Part shown: positions 42,805 to 53,280 of the stretch, in pieces
Layout of the letters: each line of letters begins with the position of its first letter
Position numbering within the stretch: position 1 is the stretch's first letter
Origin: Trueperaceae bacterium
GTDB lineage: Bacteria; Deinococcota; Deinococci; Deinococcales; Trueperaceae
Direction of reading: 5' to 3'
Assembly: GCA_965213705.1 (NCBI GenBank)
Contig: OZ243913.1
Span: 2,656,001-2,720,000, forward strand
Length of the DNA: 64,000 nt
Program-made: the position numbers and the translations under genes
Notes under the pieces: generated by a model
The model's input: only the letters and a program-made list of their open reading frames with translations
What the model was told of the DNA's origin: nothing
Database searches by the model: none

Positions 42805-43101
42805 ATGGACCATTTTGAAATTTCTCTGCCGCCCGGTACGGACGCCAAAGTTCTCGAGCGCCTCATCGACGAAACTTTGGAGCAAAGCGGTTTGAACGTC
42901 ACGCTGCGCGACACCCTCAAACAGTACTCGGGCTGCGTTCACTGGCACCTCAAACAGGGGCGGCAGTCGGGAACCCTGGAACTGACGCTGTGGCCCCGAG
43001 AACACCGCCTCTGGTTTTCGGTTCACAGAAACCGTACCGCTCCGTGGCTCGAAGAGGAAAGAAAGCGCCTCCACGCCGTTTTACTGGGCCGTTTGACTTG
43101 A
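42805..43101 (+). CDS. Hypothetical protein
   Basis: SD GAGGGAG; YSGCVHWHLK..GTLELTLW. Confidence 0.7.
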   Translation: MDHFEISLPPGTDAKVLERLIDETLEQSGLNVTLRDTLKQYSGCVHWHLKQGRQSGTLELTLWPREHRLWFSVHRNRTAPWLEEERKRLHAVLLGRLT

Positions 43102-43226
43102 GTCGAACTGCAGTTTTGAGTCGACAAGTTTTTCAAAGTCTCAGCCGAGCCCTCGGCGTGTGGCAAAATGGCTCGAGTATGAGTTGAAAATTCTTTGAAG
43201 CCGTTACAGCATTTTTAGAGGAGAGT

Positions 43227-43685
43227 TTGATGAAACTAGCCGAAGCCCTGATGGAGCGTGCGGACAGAAACCGCCGACTTCAGGAACTCCGTGAACGAAT
43301 TGTTCGCAACGCTCAGTACCAAGAAGGCGAAACGCCGGCCGAAGACCCGAACGAACTTCTTGAAGAGCACCAAGCTGCTTCTTTGGACTTCGAGCGTTTG
43401 ATTGTTCGCATCAACACCACCAACAACCAAGTGACTTTAGAAGACGGGAGGTCGATGGTCGAGGCACTTGCCCACCGGGACGTTATGAAGTTGAGACACG
43501 CGTTGTACAAGGCGCTCGCAGCCGCAGCCACGCCCCAACAAGACAGGTACAGCAAAAAAGAAATCAAGTTTATAGGTGCGGTCGACGTGAAAGAAATCCA
43601 GCGAGAGGCAGACCGACTCGCTAAAGAATATCGTGAACTCGATGCTCTCATTCAGCAAGCGAACTGGAACAACGACCTTCTTTAA
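43227..43685 (+). CDS. DIP1984/DUF6847-family coiled-coil protein
   Basis: MKLAEALMERAD, QEGETPAEDP, RINTTN, EALAHRD, RYSKKEI, RELDALIQQANW. Confidence 0.9.
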   Translation: MMKLAEALMERADRNRRLQELRERIVRNAQYQEGETPAEDPNELLEEHQAASLDFERLIVRINTTNNQVTLEDGRSMVEALAHRDVMKLRHALYKALAAAATPQQDRYSKKEIKFIGAVDVKEIQREADRLAKEYRELDALIQQANWNNDLL

Positions 43686-43893
43686 GTCAGGTTTGGTAGC
43701 TTTCAGCAAGAAGCGAACACAACCCGCCAACTGGGTCAAGTTGGATACTGGTTTGAGTGAAGGGCAGCTCCGTGGGTTCGACTCCCAAAGCCACAGCTTA
43801 GCTCAGTACTGTTACAAGCGTAAAGCGTACCGTGTACGGTTACTACCGTGTGTTGATTTTGTTGAAGGTGAGGGTGGGTAAGGGGAACCTGAC
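43686..43893 (+). ncRNA. Candidate structured ncRNA with a permuted tRNA-like module
   Basis: Terminal stem 43686-43694/43885-43893, 12-bp stem 43700-43711/43857-43868, T-loop TTCGACT and TAGCTCAG D-arm motif. Confidence 0.7.
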
Positions 43894-43941
43894 GATAGCG
43901 CTGAAGGAGTACTGAAAAAGCAGTCTCGAGAGGTGAAAAGT

Positions 43942-45837
43942 ATGCCAACCGAACAAGCCGAACATACCGAATTCAAAGCTGAAATCAAACAAGTTTTGGA
44001 CATCCTCATCCACTCGCTTTACACCGAAAAAGAAATTTTCCTGCGCGAACTCGTCTCGAACGCGTCGGACGCGCTGCACCGGCTCAAGCTCGAGAGCCTG
44101 AAAAGCCAGGACATGGTGAGTCCGGGGGCCGAACTGGGGATTTGGCTGGAGGGTGACCCGCAAACCGGCACCCTCACGGTGCGCGACAGCGGCGTCGGCT
44201 TGTCCCAAGAAGAGATGGGGCGCTACCTGGGCACCATCGCGAGTTCGGGGGCGAAACAGTTTATCGAGACGATGAAAAGTCTCAACCAGGGCGACACCAA
44301 AACGACCGCCGACGTCATCGGGCAGTTCGGGGTGGGTTTTTACTCGGTGTTCATGGTCGCCGACGAAGTCACGGTGACCTCACGCTCTTACAAGCCCGAC
44401 GCCGAGGCGGCCTACTGGCGCTCGACGGGCGAGGGTACTTATCAAACGGGTCCGGCCGACAAGGACGAGCGCGGCACGACTGTCACCCTCAAGCTCAAGG
44501 ACGATGCTAAAGAGTTCGCCGAGGCGTACCGGTTGCGGCAAATCGTCAAGGAGCATTCCAACTTCGTCGCGTTTCCCGTCTACCTAAAAGAAAAGGGCGA
44601 ATGGCAGCAAATTAACGAGCGCACCGCGCTGTGGCGCGAATCCCCGCAGGGGGTCGAGGTGGACAAGTACCGGCGCTTTTACCAGGAACTCACCTTCGAC
44701 CCTCGAGAGCCGTTGCGCACGATTCACTTTACGACCGACATGCCGATTCAGTTTTACGCGCTGCTGTTCGTCCCGTCGCGCCGCGACCACAAGCTGTTTA
44801 CCAACGCCGACGACTACGGCCTCAAGCTGTACGCGCGCAAAGTCCTGATTCAAGACGAGTTCAAGGCGTTGCTGCCGCCCTACCTGCGCTTTTTAGAGGG
44901 CGTCGTGGACTCCGAGGACCTGCCGCTGAACGTCTCGCGCGAAACCGTCCAGGCGACGCCGACGGTGGCGCGGATTCGCAAGGTATTGGTTGGGCGCGTC
45001 GCCAGCGACTTGGAGCGCATGGCCGAGCACGAGCCCGAGCAGTTTGAAACGTTTTACAAAGAGTTCGGCACGTTTCTTAAAGAGGGCGTCGCCAGCGACC
45101 CTGGCAGCGCCGAAAGATTCATCGGCCTGCTGCGTTTTCCCTCGACAAAAACTGAGGGCGACGCGTTGACCTCGCTCGAGGCCTACGTTGAACGCGTGAA
45201 GCCCGAGCAGAAAGAAATCTACTACGTGTTGGGCGACGACCTGGCAACCGTGGCGCGGAGTTCTCACCTAGAGTATTTCCGCAAGCACGACCTGGAAGTC
45301 CTCTACCTCACCGACCCCGTCGACAGCTTTATGCTTGTGGGCTTGAACGAGTACGGCGGCAAGGCGCTCAAAAACATCGACGACGCCGACCTGGACCTGC
45401 CCGCAACCGACGAGAAAAAGCTCGAGCTTCCCAAAGACGAACGCTTTATCGCGCTGAGCGCTTTTGTCAAACAAACTTTGGGCGACCGCGTGGAGGCGGT
45501 ACGGGAGAGCAAAGTCCTGACCGACGCCGCGGCGCGGCTGGTCAACCCCCCGAACGCCGGCCCGACCAGCTTTTACCGCGCCCAGCGCATGATGGGCCGC
45601 GACTTCGAGGTGCCGAAGAAAATTCTCGAGCTCAACCCGAAAAGCCCACTCGTCAAGGCTTTGGGCGAACGCTTGAGGGCAAACGACAAAGACCCGCTGT
45701 TGCCGGTCTTAATCGAGCAAGTATACGAGAACGAACTGCTCATGGAAGGCGGCCACCCCAACCCCGCCGAGATGGTTCCGCGCATCCAAAAGCTCATGGC
45801 GGCGGTTGCCGAACCCGACGGACAAGAGCGAAACTGA
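43942..45837 (+). CDS. htpG: Molecular chaperone HtpG (Hsp90)
   Basis: FLRELVSNASDA, IGQFGVGFYS, DSEDLPLNVSRE, LELNP. Confidence 0.97.
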   Translation: MPTEQAEHTEFKAEIKQVLDILIHSLYTEKEIFLRELVSNASDALHRLKLESLKSQDMVSPGAELGIWLEGDPQTGTLTVRDSGVGLSQEEMGRYLGTIASSGAKQFIETMKSLNQGDTKTTADVIGQFGVGFYSVFMVADEVTVTSRSYKPDAEAAYWRSTGEGTYQTGPADKDERGTTVTLKLKDDAKEFAEAYRLRQIVKEHSNFVAFPVYLKEKGEWQQINERTALWRESPQGVEVDKYRRFYQELTFDPREPLRTIHFTTDMPIQFYALLFVPSRRDHKLFTNADDYGLKLYARKVLIQDEFKALLPPYLRFLEGVVDSEDLPLNVSRETVQATPTVARIRKVLVGRVASDLERMAEHEPEQFETFYKEFGTFLKEGVASDPGSAERFIGLLRFPSTKTEGDALTSLEAYVERVKPEQKEIYYVLGDDLATVARSSHLEYFRKHDLEVLYLTDPVDSFMLVGLNEYGGKALKNIDDADLDLPATDEKKLELPKDERFIALSAFVKQTLGDRVEAVRESKVLTDAAARLVNPPNAGPTSFYRAQRMMGRDFEVPKKILELNPKSPLVKALGERLRANDKDPLLPVLIEQVYENELLMEGGHPNPAEMVPRIQKLMAAVAEPDGQERN

Positions 45838-46226
45838 ACGCGCCGATTTTTGGCAGCGGGTGAGTTCTCGGGTTGAGACCCCACCCGCTCTCTGCTTAAA
45901 AGGCCGGGCAAGGCCGGGCGACGTCGCGGATGGGGTTGATTAGCTTTGCGGGCCGCCCGGCAGGACCGGTCTTCAAACGGACGACCAAAGACGGCTCCCG
46001 AGCGAGAGTCCCGACGTGGGAACGACGCCGGGACCTCGAGGGTCAGCTCCAGACAGACGCCCTGCGTGACAGCTGAGCGCGCCTAATACGGATGCCGATA
46101 CTACAGCTCGTCAACCCTTGGAAAAGTTGTTCGCTTTCTTATCGAAATCCGTATTTTTTTCTCGCCCTGCTCGCAGTTTATTCCGAGGGAATTAAACGGA
46201 ATGAGTATGAGGTTGGTAGAAGTGGT

Positions 46227-46619
46227 TTAGTAGCGGTCGCGGCCACCCCCGCCACGGCCACCCCCGCCGCCCCGGCCGCCCTGGTCACCACCACGGTCGC
46301 CACCACCACGGCCACCGCCGCCGTAGCCGCCGTTTCTACCGCCGCCAGTTCCGCCGCCACCGCCACCCCGACCGCCCCCGAAGTCACCACGGCCCCGGTC
46401 GCTTACCGGCGCAGCGTTCGTTACCTTAACGTCGGCGGCTTGCAAGCCCTTCTGGCCCTGCTCGGTACGGTACTCGACTTCGTCGCCTTCGTTCAGGTTT
46501 TTAAAACCGCTGCCTTGGATGGCCGAGAAGTGCACGAACACGTCTGCGCCGCCGTCGTCCTGCTGAATGAAACCAAAACCTTTTTCGCCGTTGAACCACT
46601 TTACTTTGCCTGTCGGCAT
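46227..46619 (-). CDS. Cold-shock protein with Gly/RGG-rich tail
   Basis: [21 protein letters not shown], then about 55 aa rich in G/R. Confidence 0.93.
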   Translation of the reverse strand: MPTGKVKWFNGEKGFGFIQQDDGGADVFVHFSAIQGSGFKNLNEGDEVEYRTEQGQKGLQAADVKVTNAAPVSDRGRGDFGGGRGGGGGGTGGGRNGGYGGGGRGGGDRGGDQGGRGGGGGRGGGGRDRY

Positions 46620-46796
46620 GGTGTCTCCCGGTCTCAGCTTGGAATACCAGAGGTCACGACGTCACCTGTAGAAACGTCGTTGTCTGGGGCTGAGCGTTCA
46701 TACCAGTATAAGGCTTAGACGCTTTTTAGGCTACCGTTTAGGCGTCGACTTTCACCGAACCGCTTGTGTTCAAAAAATGCCGCCTCGCACACGCGC

Positions 46797-47279
46797 CTAC
46801 ACCAAACTGCCGTTGCTCGTTATGAGTTCGACGGCCGGGGGTAGCGAGTCCAGAATTACGGCCAACGAGTCTTTTACACCGTTGGGGCCGCCGGGCAGGT
46901 TGACGATGAGGGTTTGCCGCCGCACCCCGCAGACGCCGCGGAACAGTGCCGAGCGCGGGCTGTTGCGCATCCCGGCCAACCGCATGACTTCGGCCAGACC
47001 GGGCACCTCACGCTCGATAACCTCACGGGTGGCGTCGGGCATGCGCTCTTTTTGGGAGAGGTTCGCGCCGCCGGTCGTCAGCACGAGGTCGGCACCGTCT
47101 TTGTCAGACAGGACGCGCAGTTTGGAGCGGATGAGCGCCTGTTCGTCCGGAATGACTGTAAAGTCCACTTCTACAAAGGGGCCTTTGCGCAGCAGTGAGC
47201 GAATCACCTCGAGCGTGGCGACGACGCGCTCGTCGCCCGCGCCTGCGTCGTTTACAGCTAAAATGACGGTCCTTATCAT
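46797..47279 (-). CDS. MogA/MoaB-family molybdopterin-binding protein
   Basis: VIPDE, DLVLTTGG, PGLAE, NLPGGPNGV. Confidence 0.8.
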   Translation of the reverse strand: MIRTVILAVNDAGAGDERVVATLEVIRSLLRKGPFVEVDFTVIPDEQALIRSKLRVLSDKDGADLVLTTGGANLSQKERMPDATREVIEREVPGLAEVMRLAGMRNSPRSALFRGVCGVRRQTLIVNLPGGPNGVKDSLAVILDSLPPAVELITSNGSLV

Positions 47280-47520
47280 AAGGTTTACAGTAGTTGAACC
47301 CTTGCTTTTTGTCTTTGCGATGCACCACACCTGAGCCCTGAAAAGAGGCAGGTTATTCGTCGTTCGTCTCGACGGCGGCCTCGAGCCGCAAACGAAAACC
47401 TCCGTCCATCCTATAAAGGCGAGCCGCAAGTCCGACCCGCTCTTGTACTCGGTCACCATCTCGAGTTTTGCGCATCGACGCGTCGGCGCGGTAGGCTAAC
47501 GTGACTTCAAAAGGAGGCAC

Positions 47521-48747
47521 ATGAAAATTCACGAGTACCAGGCCAAACAACTCATGAAGGCGCGCGGCATCGCCGTTCCGAAGGGGCAGGTCGTCACCAC
47601 CGTCGACGAAGCGGTGGCGGCGGTGCGCCCGCTCGTTGAAGAAACGAACAACCCCGTCGTCGTGGTCAAGTCCCAAATCCACGCGGGCGGGCGCGGCAAG
47701 GGCCGCTTTAAGGAACACCCGGACTTGGGCGGCGTTACCGTCGTGACCGAAGGGTTGAAGGGCGGCGTCAAGGCGACCGAGGAGCGCGTGCGCGAACTTG
47801 CCAAAACCATGCTCGGCTCGACCCTGGTGACCGTTCAAACCGGCGACGAGGGCAAACAGGTCAACCGCCTCTACATCGAGCAGGGCATCGACATCGACCG
47901 CGAGATGTACGTGTCCGTCGTGCTCGACCGGGCGCAGGGCCGCAACGTAATGATGGTCTCGACCGAGGGCGGCGTGGAAATCGAAGAGGTCGCCGAGCAC
48001 AGTCCCGAGAAAATCCTGCGTGAGGCCATCGACCCAGGCGTCGGCCTGACGGACTTTCAGGCTCGAGCCCTCGCCTTTGGATTGGGCTTGGAGGGCCAAG
48101 CGTTCAAAAACGGCGTCAAGTTTATGAAAGCTCTCGCCCAGGCCGCCGTCGAACTCGATACCGACCTGGTCGAAATCAACCCGCTCGTGGTGACCAAGAG
48201 CGGCGAGGTGATGGCGCTCGACGGCAAGATGAGCCTCGACAACAACGCCCTCATGCGCCACAAGGACGTCGCCCAGATGCGCGACGAGTCCGAGGAAGAC
48301 CCCGCCGAGGTCGAAGCGGCCAAGTACGGCCTGAGTTTTATTAAATTGGACGGCAGCATCGGCTGCCTCGTGAACGGCGCAGGTTTGGCGATGGCGACGA
48401 TGGACACCATCAAACAGGTCGGCGGCGAGCCCGCCAACTTCTTAGACGTGGGCGGCGGCGCGACCACCGAAAACGTCACGGCGGCGTTTAAGATTATTAC
48501 CAGGGACGAAAACGTGCGCGGCATTTTCATCAACATTTTCGGCGGAATTATGCAGTGCGACACCATCGCCAACGGCGTGGTTGAGGCGGTCGGACAAGTC
48601 GGTTTGCAAGTTCCCCTCGTCGTGCGTCTGGAAGGCACCAACGTCGAACTGGGCCGCAAAATCATCGACGAAGCCGGCATCGACGGCGTGGTGAGCGCCG
48701 ACGACATGCTGAGCGGCGCGCAGAAAATCGTGGAGTTGGCCCAATGA
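47521..48747 (+). CDS. sucC: Succinyl-CoA ligase beta subunit
   Basis: [38 protein letters not shown]. Confidence 0.97.
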   Translation: MKIHEYQAKQLMKARGIAVPKGQVVTTVDEAVAAVRPLVEETNNPVVVVKSQIHAGGRGKGRFKEHPDLGGVTVVTEGLKGGVKATEERVRELAKTMLGSTLVTVQTGDEGKQVNRLYIEQGIDIDREMYVSVVLDRAQGRNVMMVSTEGGVEIEEVAEHSPEKILREAIDPGVGLTDFQARALAFGLGLEGQAFKNGVKFMKALAQAAVELDTDLVEINPLVVTKSGEVMALDGKMSLDNNALMRHKDVAQMRDESEEDPAEVEAAKYGLSFIKLDGSIGCLVNGAGLAMATMDTIKQVGGEPANFLDVGGGATTENVTAAFKIITRDENVRGIFINIFGGIMQCDTIANGVVEAVGQVGLQVPLVVRLEGTNVELGRKIIDEAGIDGVVSADDMLSGAQKIVELAQ

Positions 48748-49682
48748 GCATCCTCGTAAACAAAGACACCAAAGTCATCGTGCAGGGTTTGGGCGAAGCG
48801 GGCACCTTTCACACCGACAAGGCCATCGCCTACGGCACGAACATGGTCGGCGCGGTGCGCCCCGGCAAGGGCGGGCAGAGCGTCCACTTCGAAGGCGAAA
48901 CCGACCACAGCGGCGTGCCCGGCCGCTCCGACACCTACAGCCTCGAGTTGCCGAGTTTCAACACGGTTAAAGACGCGATGGAGGCTACCGGCGCGAACGC
49001 CTCGGTCATCTACGTGCCGCCCGCCTTCGCCGCCGACGCCATCATGGAAGCGGCCGAGGCCGAAATACCGCTCATCATCACCATCACCGAGGGCATCCCG
49101 ATTATGGACATGGTGAAGGTCAAGGCGTACCTGCAAACGCGTTCGTCCCGCCTTATCGGCCCGAACTGCCCCGGCGTCATCACCCCTCACGAGTGCAAAA
49201 TCGGCATTATGCCCGGTTACATTCACAAAGGCGGCAAAATCGGCGTGGTGAGCCGTTCGGGCACGCTGACCTACGAGGCCGTGTTTCAACTTACCAACAA
49301 CGGCCTCGGCCAGACGACCGCGGTCGGAATAGGCGGCGACCCGGTGAACGGCACGAACTTTATCGACGTGCTCGAGCTGTTCAACGACGACCCCGAAACC
49401 GAGGGCGTGATTATGATAGGTGAAATCGGCGGCAGCGCCGAGGAAGAGGCCGCCGCCTGGATTGCAGCCAACATGACCAAGCCCGTCGCCGCCTTTATCG
49501 CCGGGACGACCGCGCCCCCCGGCAAGCGCATGGGCCACGCGGGCGCGATTATCTCGGGCGGCAAAGGCACCGCCGAAGACAAAATTGCCGCGTTGAAAGA
49601 CGCAAATGTGGTTGTCGCGCCGACGCCGACGGATATGGGTGGGGCAATGGTGGAGGCGATGGAAAAAGCAGGCGTAGCCTGA
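48744..49682 (+). CDS. sucD: Succinyl-CoA ligase alpha subunit
   Basis: [24 protein letters not shown]. Confidence 0.97.
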   Translation: MSILVNKDTKVIVQGLGEAGTFHTDKAIAYGTNMVGAVRPGKGGQSVHFEGETDHSGVPGRSDTYSLELPSFNTVKDAMEATGANASVIYVPPAFAADAIMEAAEAEIPLIITITEGIPIMDMVKVKAYLQTRSSRLIGPNCPGVITPHECKIGIMPGYIHKGGKIGVVSRSGTLTYEAVFQLTNNGLGQTTAVGIGGDPVNGTNFIDVLELFNDDPETEGVIMIGEIGGSAEEEAAAWIAANMTKPVAAFIAGTTAPPGKRMGHAGAIISGGKGTAEDKIAALKDANVVVAPTPTDMGGAMVEAMEKAGVA

Positions 49683-50284
49683 TGGGAGAGTGCGGCATAA
49701 CCCCATTTCTGAGTTTGTTATGCCGCACTATGCTTGCTTGAAAATCAGTAACTCTTGTTGTATCGAGGTTGGTACTGTGGAAATTAAAGTAGACGAAGTT
49801 ATCAGTTGGATAACAGAAATACTGAGGGCTGAAGTCACAAAGGAGGATGAGACATTTATTTTTACAGTCGAGCGTCGAGGTGAAAAAACAATCGAAGTCC
49901 TAGTGAGTGATAAAGAATTGTCTGAAAAAGTGGAAGCTGTAAACTCAAAAAAGGAAATTGATGAAACTGTACTTTTTGATACCAACAATTACGAAGTTTT
50001 AGTAAAAAACCATTCCTTTAGGTCACCATTCTTTCGTCGTGAAGGCATAAATCAAGAAGATAGTGTAAACAACATCAAGTATCATTTATCTGACGCTAGT
50101 GAAGAATACTTAATTTTTTTCCTTTATAAAGTTGCACAGCTTTTACCCGTTGGTAGAAGTTTACGTACTGTGCGAATACCATTTCAACGTCCAATAGAAC
50201 GGCCTAAAGAAGAACTTTCGATTTTTGAGGTTTTGAGATTCTATTTACCGAGAGTAGAAACTTTACTTGTCAAATCAAATCGCA

Positions 50285-51063
50285 GGTAGTGGCCCACCAT
50301 CAACTGACAGCAGCACGCTCAAGATTGTAGCGGACCAAGAACAGATGCAAGCAAATGAGGTGCATGTGTTCGGACTTGGAGAAGGATAAGGTCTTTCTGA
50401 CAAAGCGCGCTAGGCGTTGGCGGATAGTATTGTTAAAGCGCTCGACGTGTGCTGTAAGCCCTGAGTCTTTACCAACAGCTTGATGCTGTTCATCGGGAAC
50501 GACGGCCTGATAAGCTTCCCAGAAGTCACTAAACACCGTGCCTTGTTTATAAGCATCTGGGATGTTACGCCAAAGTTTTTGACAAGTAGCAATGCCACGT
50601 CCACCTACAACACAAGCGACCACCTGGCGTGTCTGCTTACAAAGCGCTATCCAGGCCCACCGTTTGTTACGTCTACATCGAACAAATGACCACATCTCGT
50701 CGAGTTCGAGTTGCACCGCTTCAGGGTTCTCGGGCGTAACCAGTGTGGCGCTAAGCGGCGGTGTCGTCGCGGCTTTTTTTGAGCCATTTCGCTATTGTGG
50801 TGCGGGACACGCCGAATGTTCTGGTCAGCCCACGCATACTAGAGCGCTCCTGATACGACTTCAGTATCTCATCTTTCTTCGCTTCGCTGTACCCTTTAGT
50901 GCTCGCGTTCTCGCGACTGGACTTGCCGCACGCTCGACACAGGTACTTTTGCTTGCCGTTTGGTGCATGACCGTTCTTGACAAGCTCTTCGCTCTCGCAG
51001 TGGCAGCAACGTACAACTTTGGTGACCATTCCTTAGCTTATCAGTCTTTGCTAAACCACTACC
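50285..51063 (-). mobile_element. IS1-family insertion sequence (779 bp)
   Basis: Ends GGTAGTGG/CCACTACC; 9-bp target duplication CAAATCGCA (50276-50284, 51064-51072). Confidence 0.95.
50300..51029 (-). CDS. IS1 transposase InsA-InsB, expressed by programmed -1 frameshift
   Basis: InsA zinc ribbon/HTH 50751-51029; InsB ELDEMWSFV, SDFW, ERFN; A7G slip site at 50773-50780. Confidence 0.9.
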
Positions 51064-51521
51064 CAAATCGCAGTAGAGTAGAAAGTGAATTTAGAAGTTA
51101 CGCTAACAGTTTTCTTTTTCAGCTTTCATACAATTTGGACATTGCCGTCGTACAACAGAGATTTATTGAGGAGATAGTTCGCTCTAACAGAATATCTCGT
51201 AACAGACGGACAAACGTTGCTGAACTAGAGGCACCTAGGCGTCGTTACATTGCCGATTTAGTTTACCACTATCAAATGGGAGTAGCGTCCGATAATCCCT
51301 CGCTAGAGTATTTGTCCTATTATCATGTTTCGGAACATTTTTTTGAATCTATATTCAACGATGATTTGCTAGAAGAAGTAAAGGATATGATTACCCACCC
51401 AGATTTCTCATATCAACGCAAAGGTGACCTTAGAAAACTGGTGCGTGACGTTACTAAACGAGTTCAACTTAGAAACGAGACTATAGTTTTTAATGAAGTT
51501 GAAGCTCTAAAGCTGACACTA

Positions 51522-52375
51522 GAGCGTGTTATGAACTAGCCGGAAGAGTTAAAAAAGGGGCTAAGCGTTTAAGCATGAGCATAGAGAAAGCTAAGAAATG
51601 CAGCCCAGCAAGGGTTTCAGGCAGTCGTTCATAGTCACGGGCTAAGCGCCTGAGTCGGGATGTCCAGGCAAAGGAACGCTCTACGACCCAGCGTCTGGGT
51701 AGCAAAACGAAGCCTTTCTTAGCTTCTTCGTGTTTAACAACGAAGAGCCGAATGCCTTGGCTTTTAGCCGCCTCGGCTGCGTCGTCACCTGTGTAGCCCT
51801 GGTCTACAAACGCAACCTCGACGGATTCTCCAGTTATGGTTTGAACTTGCTCGGCAAGCGCTTCAACCTGATGGCGTTCTTGTTCGTTTGCAGGTGTAAC
51901 GACAAGGGCTAAGAGTAGACCCAAGGTATCGACTGCCAGATGGACTTTAGAGCCTTTCTTACGCTTGTGTCCGTCATAGCCCGCACGTTCGCCACTCTCA
52001 GGCGTACTTTGTAAGGTGCGTCCATCAAACACCGTCGCTGTTGGGTTTTCTCCTCGTCCTTTCAGCCGTCTCAGCAGGCTTCGTAGGTCGTGGGTCATCT
52101 CCTCGAACACGCCTGCTTTTAACCACCTTTGGCTTTGCTGATATACCGCTTCCCAAGGTGGGAAGTCACCAGGTAAATAGCGCCAAGGTGAGCCTGAGCG
52201 AACCATCCATCTCAAAGCATCAAACACCTCTCGTAGGTCATAACTTCGTTGTGGGGCGTCTTCTCTGATTAAGCTCAAGTACGGTGCTACAAAAGCCCAT
52301 TCTTCATCGCCGACATCACTCGGATAACCTTTCCTTGTCATTCTTTAGTTTAGCGATTGAGTTCATAACACCCTC
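51522..52375 (-). mobile_element. IS5-family insertion sequence (854 bp)
   Basis: TIRs GAGCGTGTTATGAACT / AGTTCATAACACCCTC (one mismatch); TA duplication. Confidence 0.93.
51529..52341 (-). CDS. IS5-family transposase
   Basis: [39 protein letters not shown]. Confidence 0.95.
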   Translation of the reverse strand: MTRKGYPSDVGDEEWAFVAPYLSLIREDAPQRSYDLREVFDALRWMVRSGSPWRYLPGDFPPWEAVYQQSQRWLKAGVFEEMTHDLRSLLRRLKGRGENPTATVFDGRTLQSTPESGERAGYDGHKRKKGSKVHLAVDTLGLLLALVVTPANEQERHQVEALAEQVQTITGESVEVAFVDQGYTGDDAAEAAKSQGIRLFVVKHEEAKKGFVLLPRRWVVERSFAWTSRLRRLARDYERLPETLAGLHFLAFSMLMLKRLAPFLTLPASS

Positions 52376-52885
52376 TAAACAAATATGTTGACATAGATGA
52401 ACTACGAACAAAGTTAAATGAGTATGATGACTCTTTAGTTTCTTATTATGGCAGCAGTCCAGTTGGCTTCTCAGAAGGTCCGTTAGTCAACTTGAACGAC
52501 AGTGACCATCAGCGTGTAGTAAGTTCTATAGCCTCTAGAATTTACAAAACCAGAAACGCAATAGTTCATAGCAAAGATGGAGAGAAGGTCAGATATATAC
52601 CTTTTCAACATGATCGTGTCTTGGTTAAAGAGGTTCCCTTGATACGCTTTACTGCAGAACTGATCATTGTCAAAACATCTCGTGTCTTTGGTGGTCCAAC
52701 AGCACTATAGAAAGAATAAAGTGAGTGCAAAAATATCAAGACACACCTTGTAAGAAACGCAGTCCGATACCCTCATGGAACCTCGGGCCACACAGCCCCT
52801 TTTTCAGTCCTAAGGCTCGGCTCGAGCCTGAACCGTCAAACCTCTCCATCACACCTAACAAACGAGCAGTCGCTATACTTTCGGT

Positions 52886-53140
52886 ATGACTGAACAAGGC
52901 ATCCTCGAGATACCTTCAGAAAGCCTGTTGAGCCTCAAACTCATGCCCGACGAGATGGCGCAAGAACTGCGCTTGGCTGCGGCTATGAAGCTGTACGAGT
53001 TGGGTAGATTGTCCACGGGAGCGGCGGCCACACTAGCAGGTATTCCCAAACCTCTGTTCTTGACAAAGTTAGCAGACTACGGCATCGACAGTTTCGACCT
53101 GACGGCTGACAGCTTCGGGCTCGAGACGCGGCTTGCCTAA
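52886..53140 (+). CDS. UPF0175-family antitoxin-like protein
   Basis: ELRLAAAMKLYELGRLSTGAAA.LAG..K..FL..L..YG. Confidence 0.85.
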   Translation: MTEQGILEIPSESLLSLKLMPDEMAQELRLAAAMKLYELGRLSTGAAATLAGIPKPLFLTKLADYGIDSFDLTADSFGLETRLA

Positions 53141-53225
53141 GTTTGTTTGCAACACCTCGCCTTTGATGCTTCATTTAGCTGGAGAAGCAAAATGGTTTTT
53201 TGGTTCGTCAGGTTTCAAAGAGTGA
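53133..53225 (+). pseudogene. Truncated DUF3368-type PIN toxin remnant
   Basis: MPKFVCNTSPL start overlapping the UPF0175 stop; ends after 30 aa next to repeat 2. Confidence 0.55.
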
Positions 53226-53280
53226 ACTATGAAAGCTCAAGCCCCTAACCTCTTTTTCAGCCCCAAGGCTTGGCTCGAGC

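Larger units (their letters stand above)
49777..52710 (+). pseudogene. HEPN-like protein gene (429 aa reconstructed) split by two IS insertions
   Basis: 49777-50284 + 51073-51521 + 52378-52710 join in frame (1290 nt); C-terminal RNAIVH (R-X4-H); low GC. Confidence 0.85.

Noticed and set aside
43746..43808. Canonical tRNA gene
   Set aside because: Arms are in permuted order, with no anticodon loop, 7-bp acceptor stem or CCA.
50592..51539. 315-aa ORF as an independent gene
   Set aside because: Chimera of IS1 antisense sequence and the middle fragment of the interrupted HEPN-like gene.
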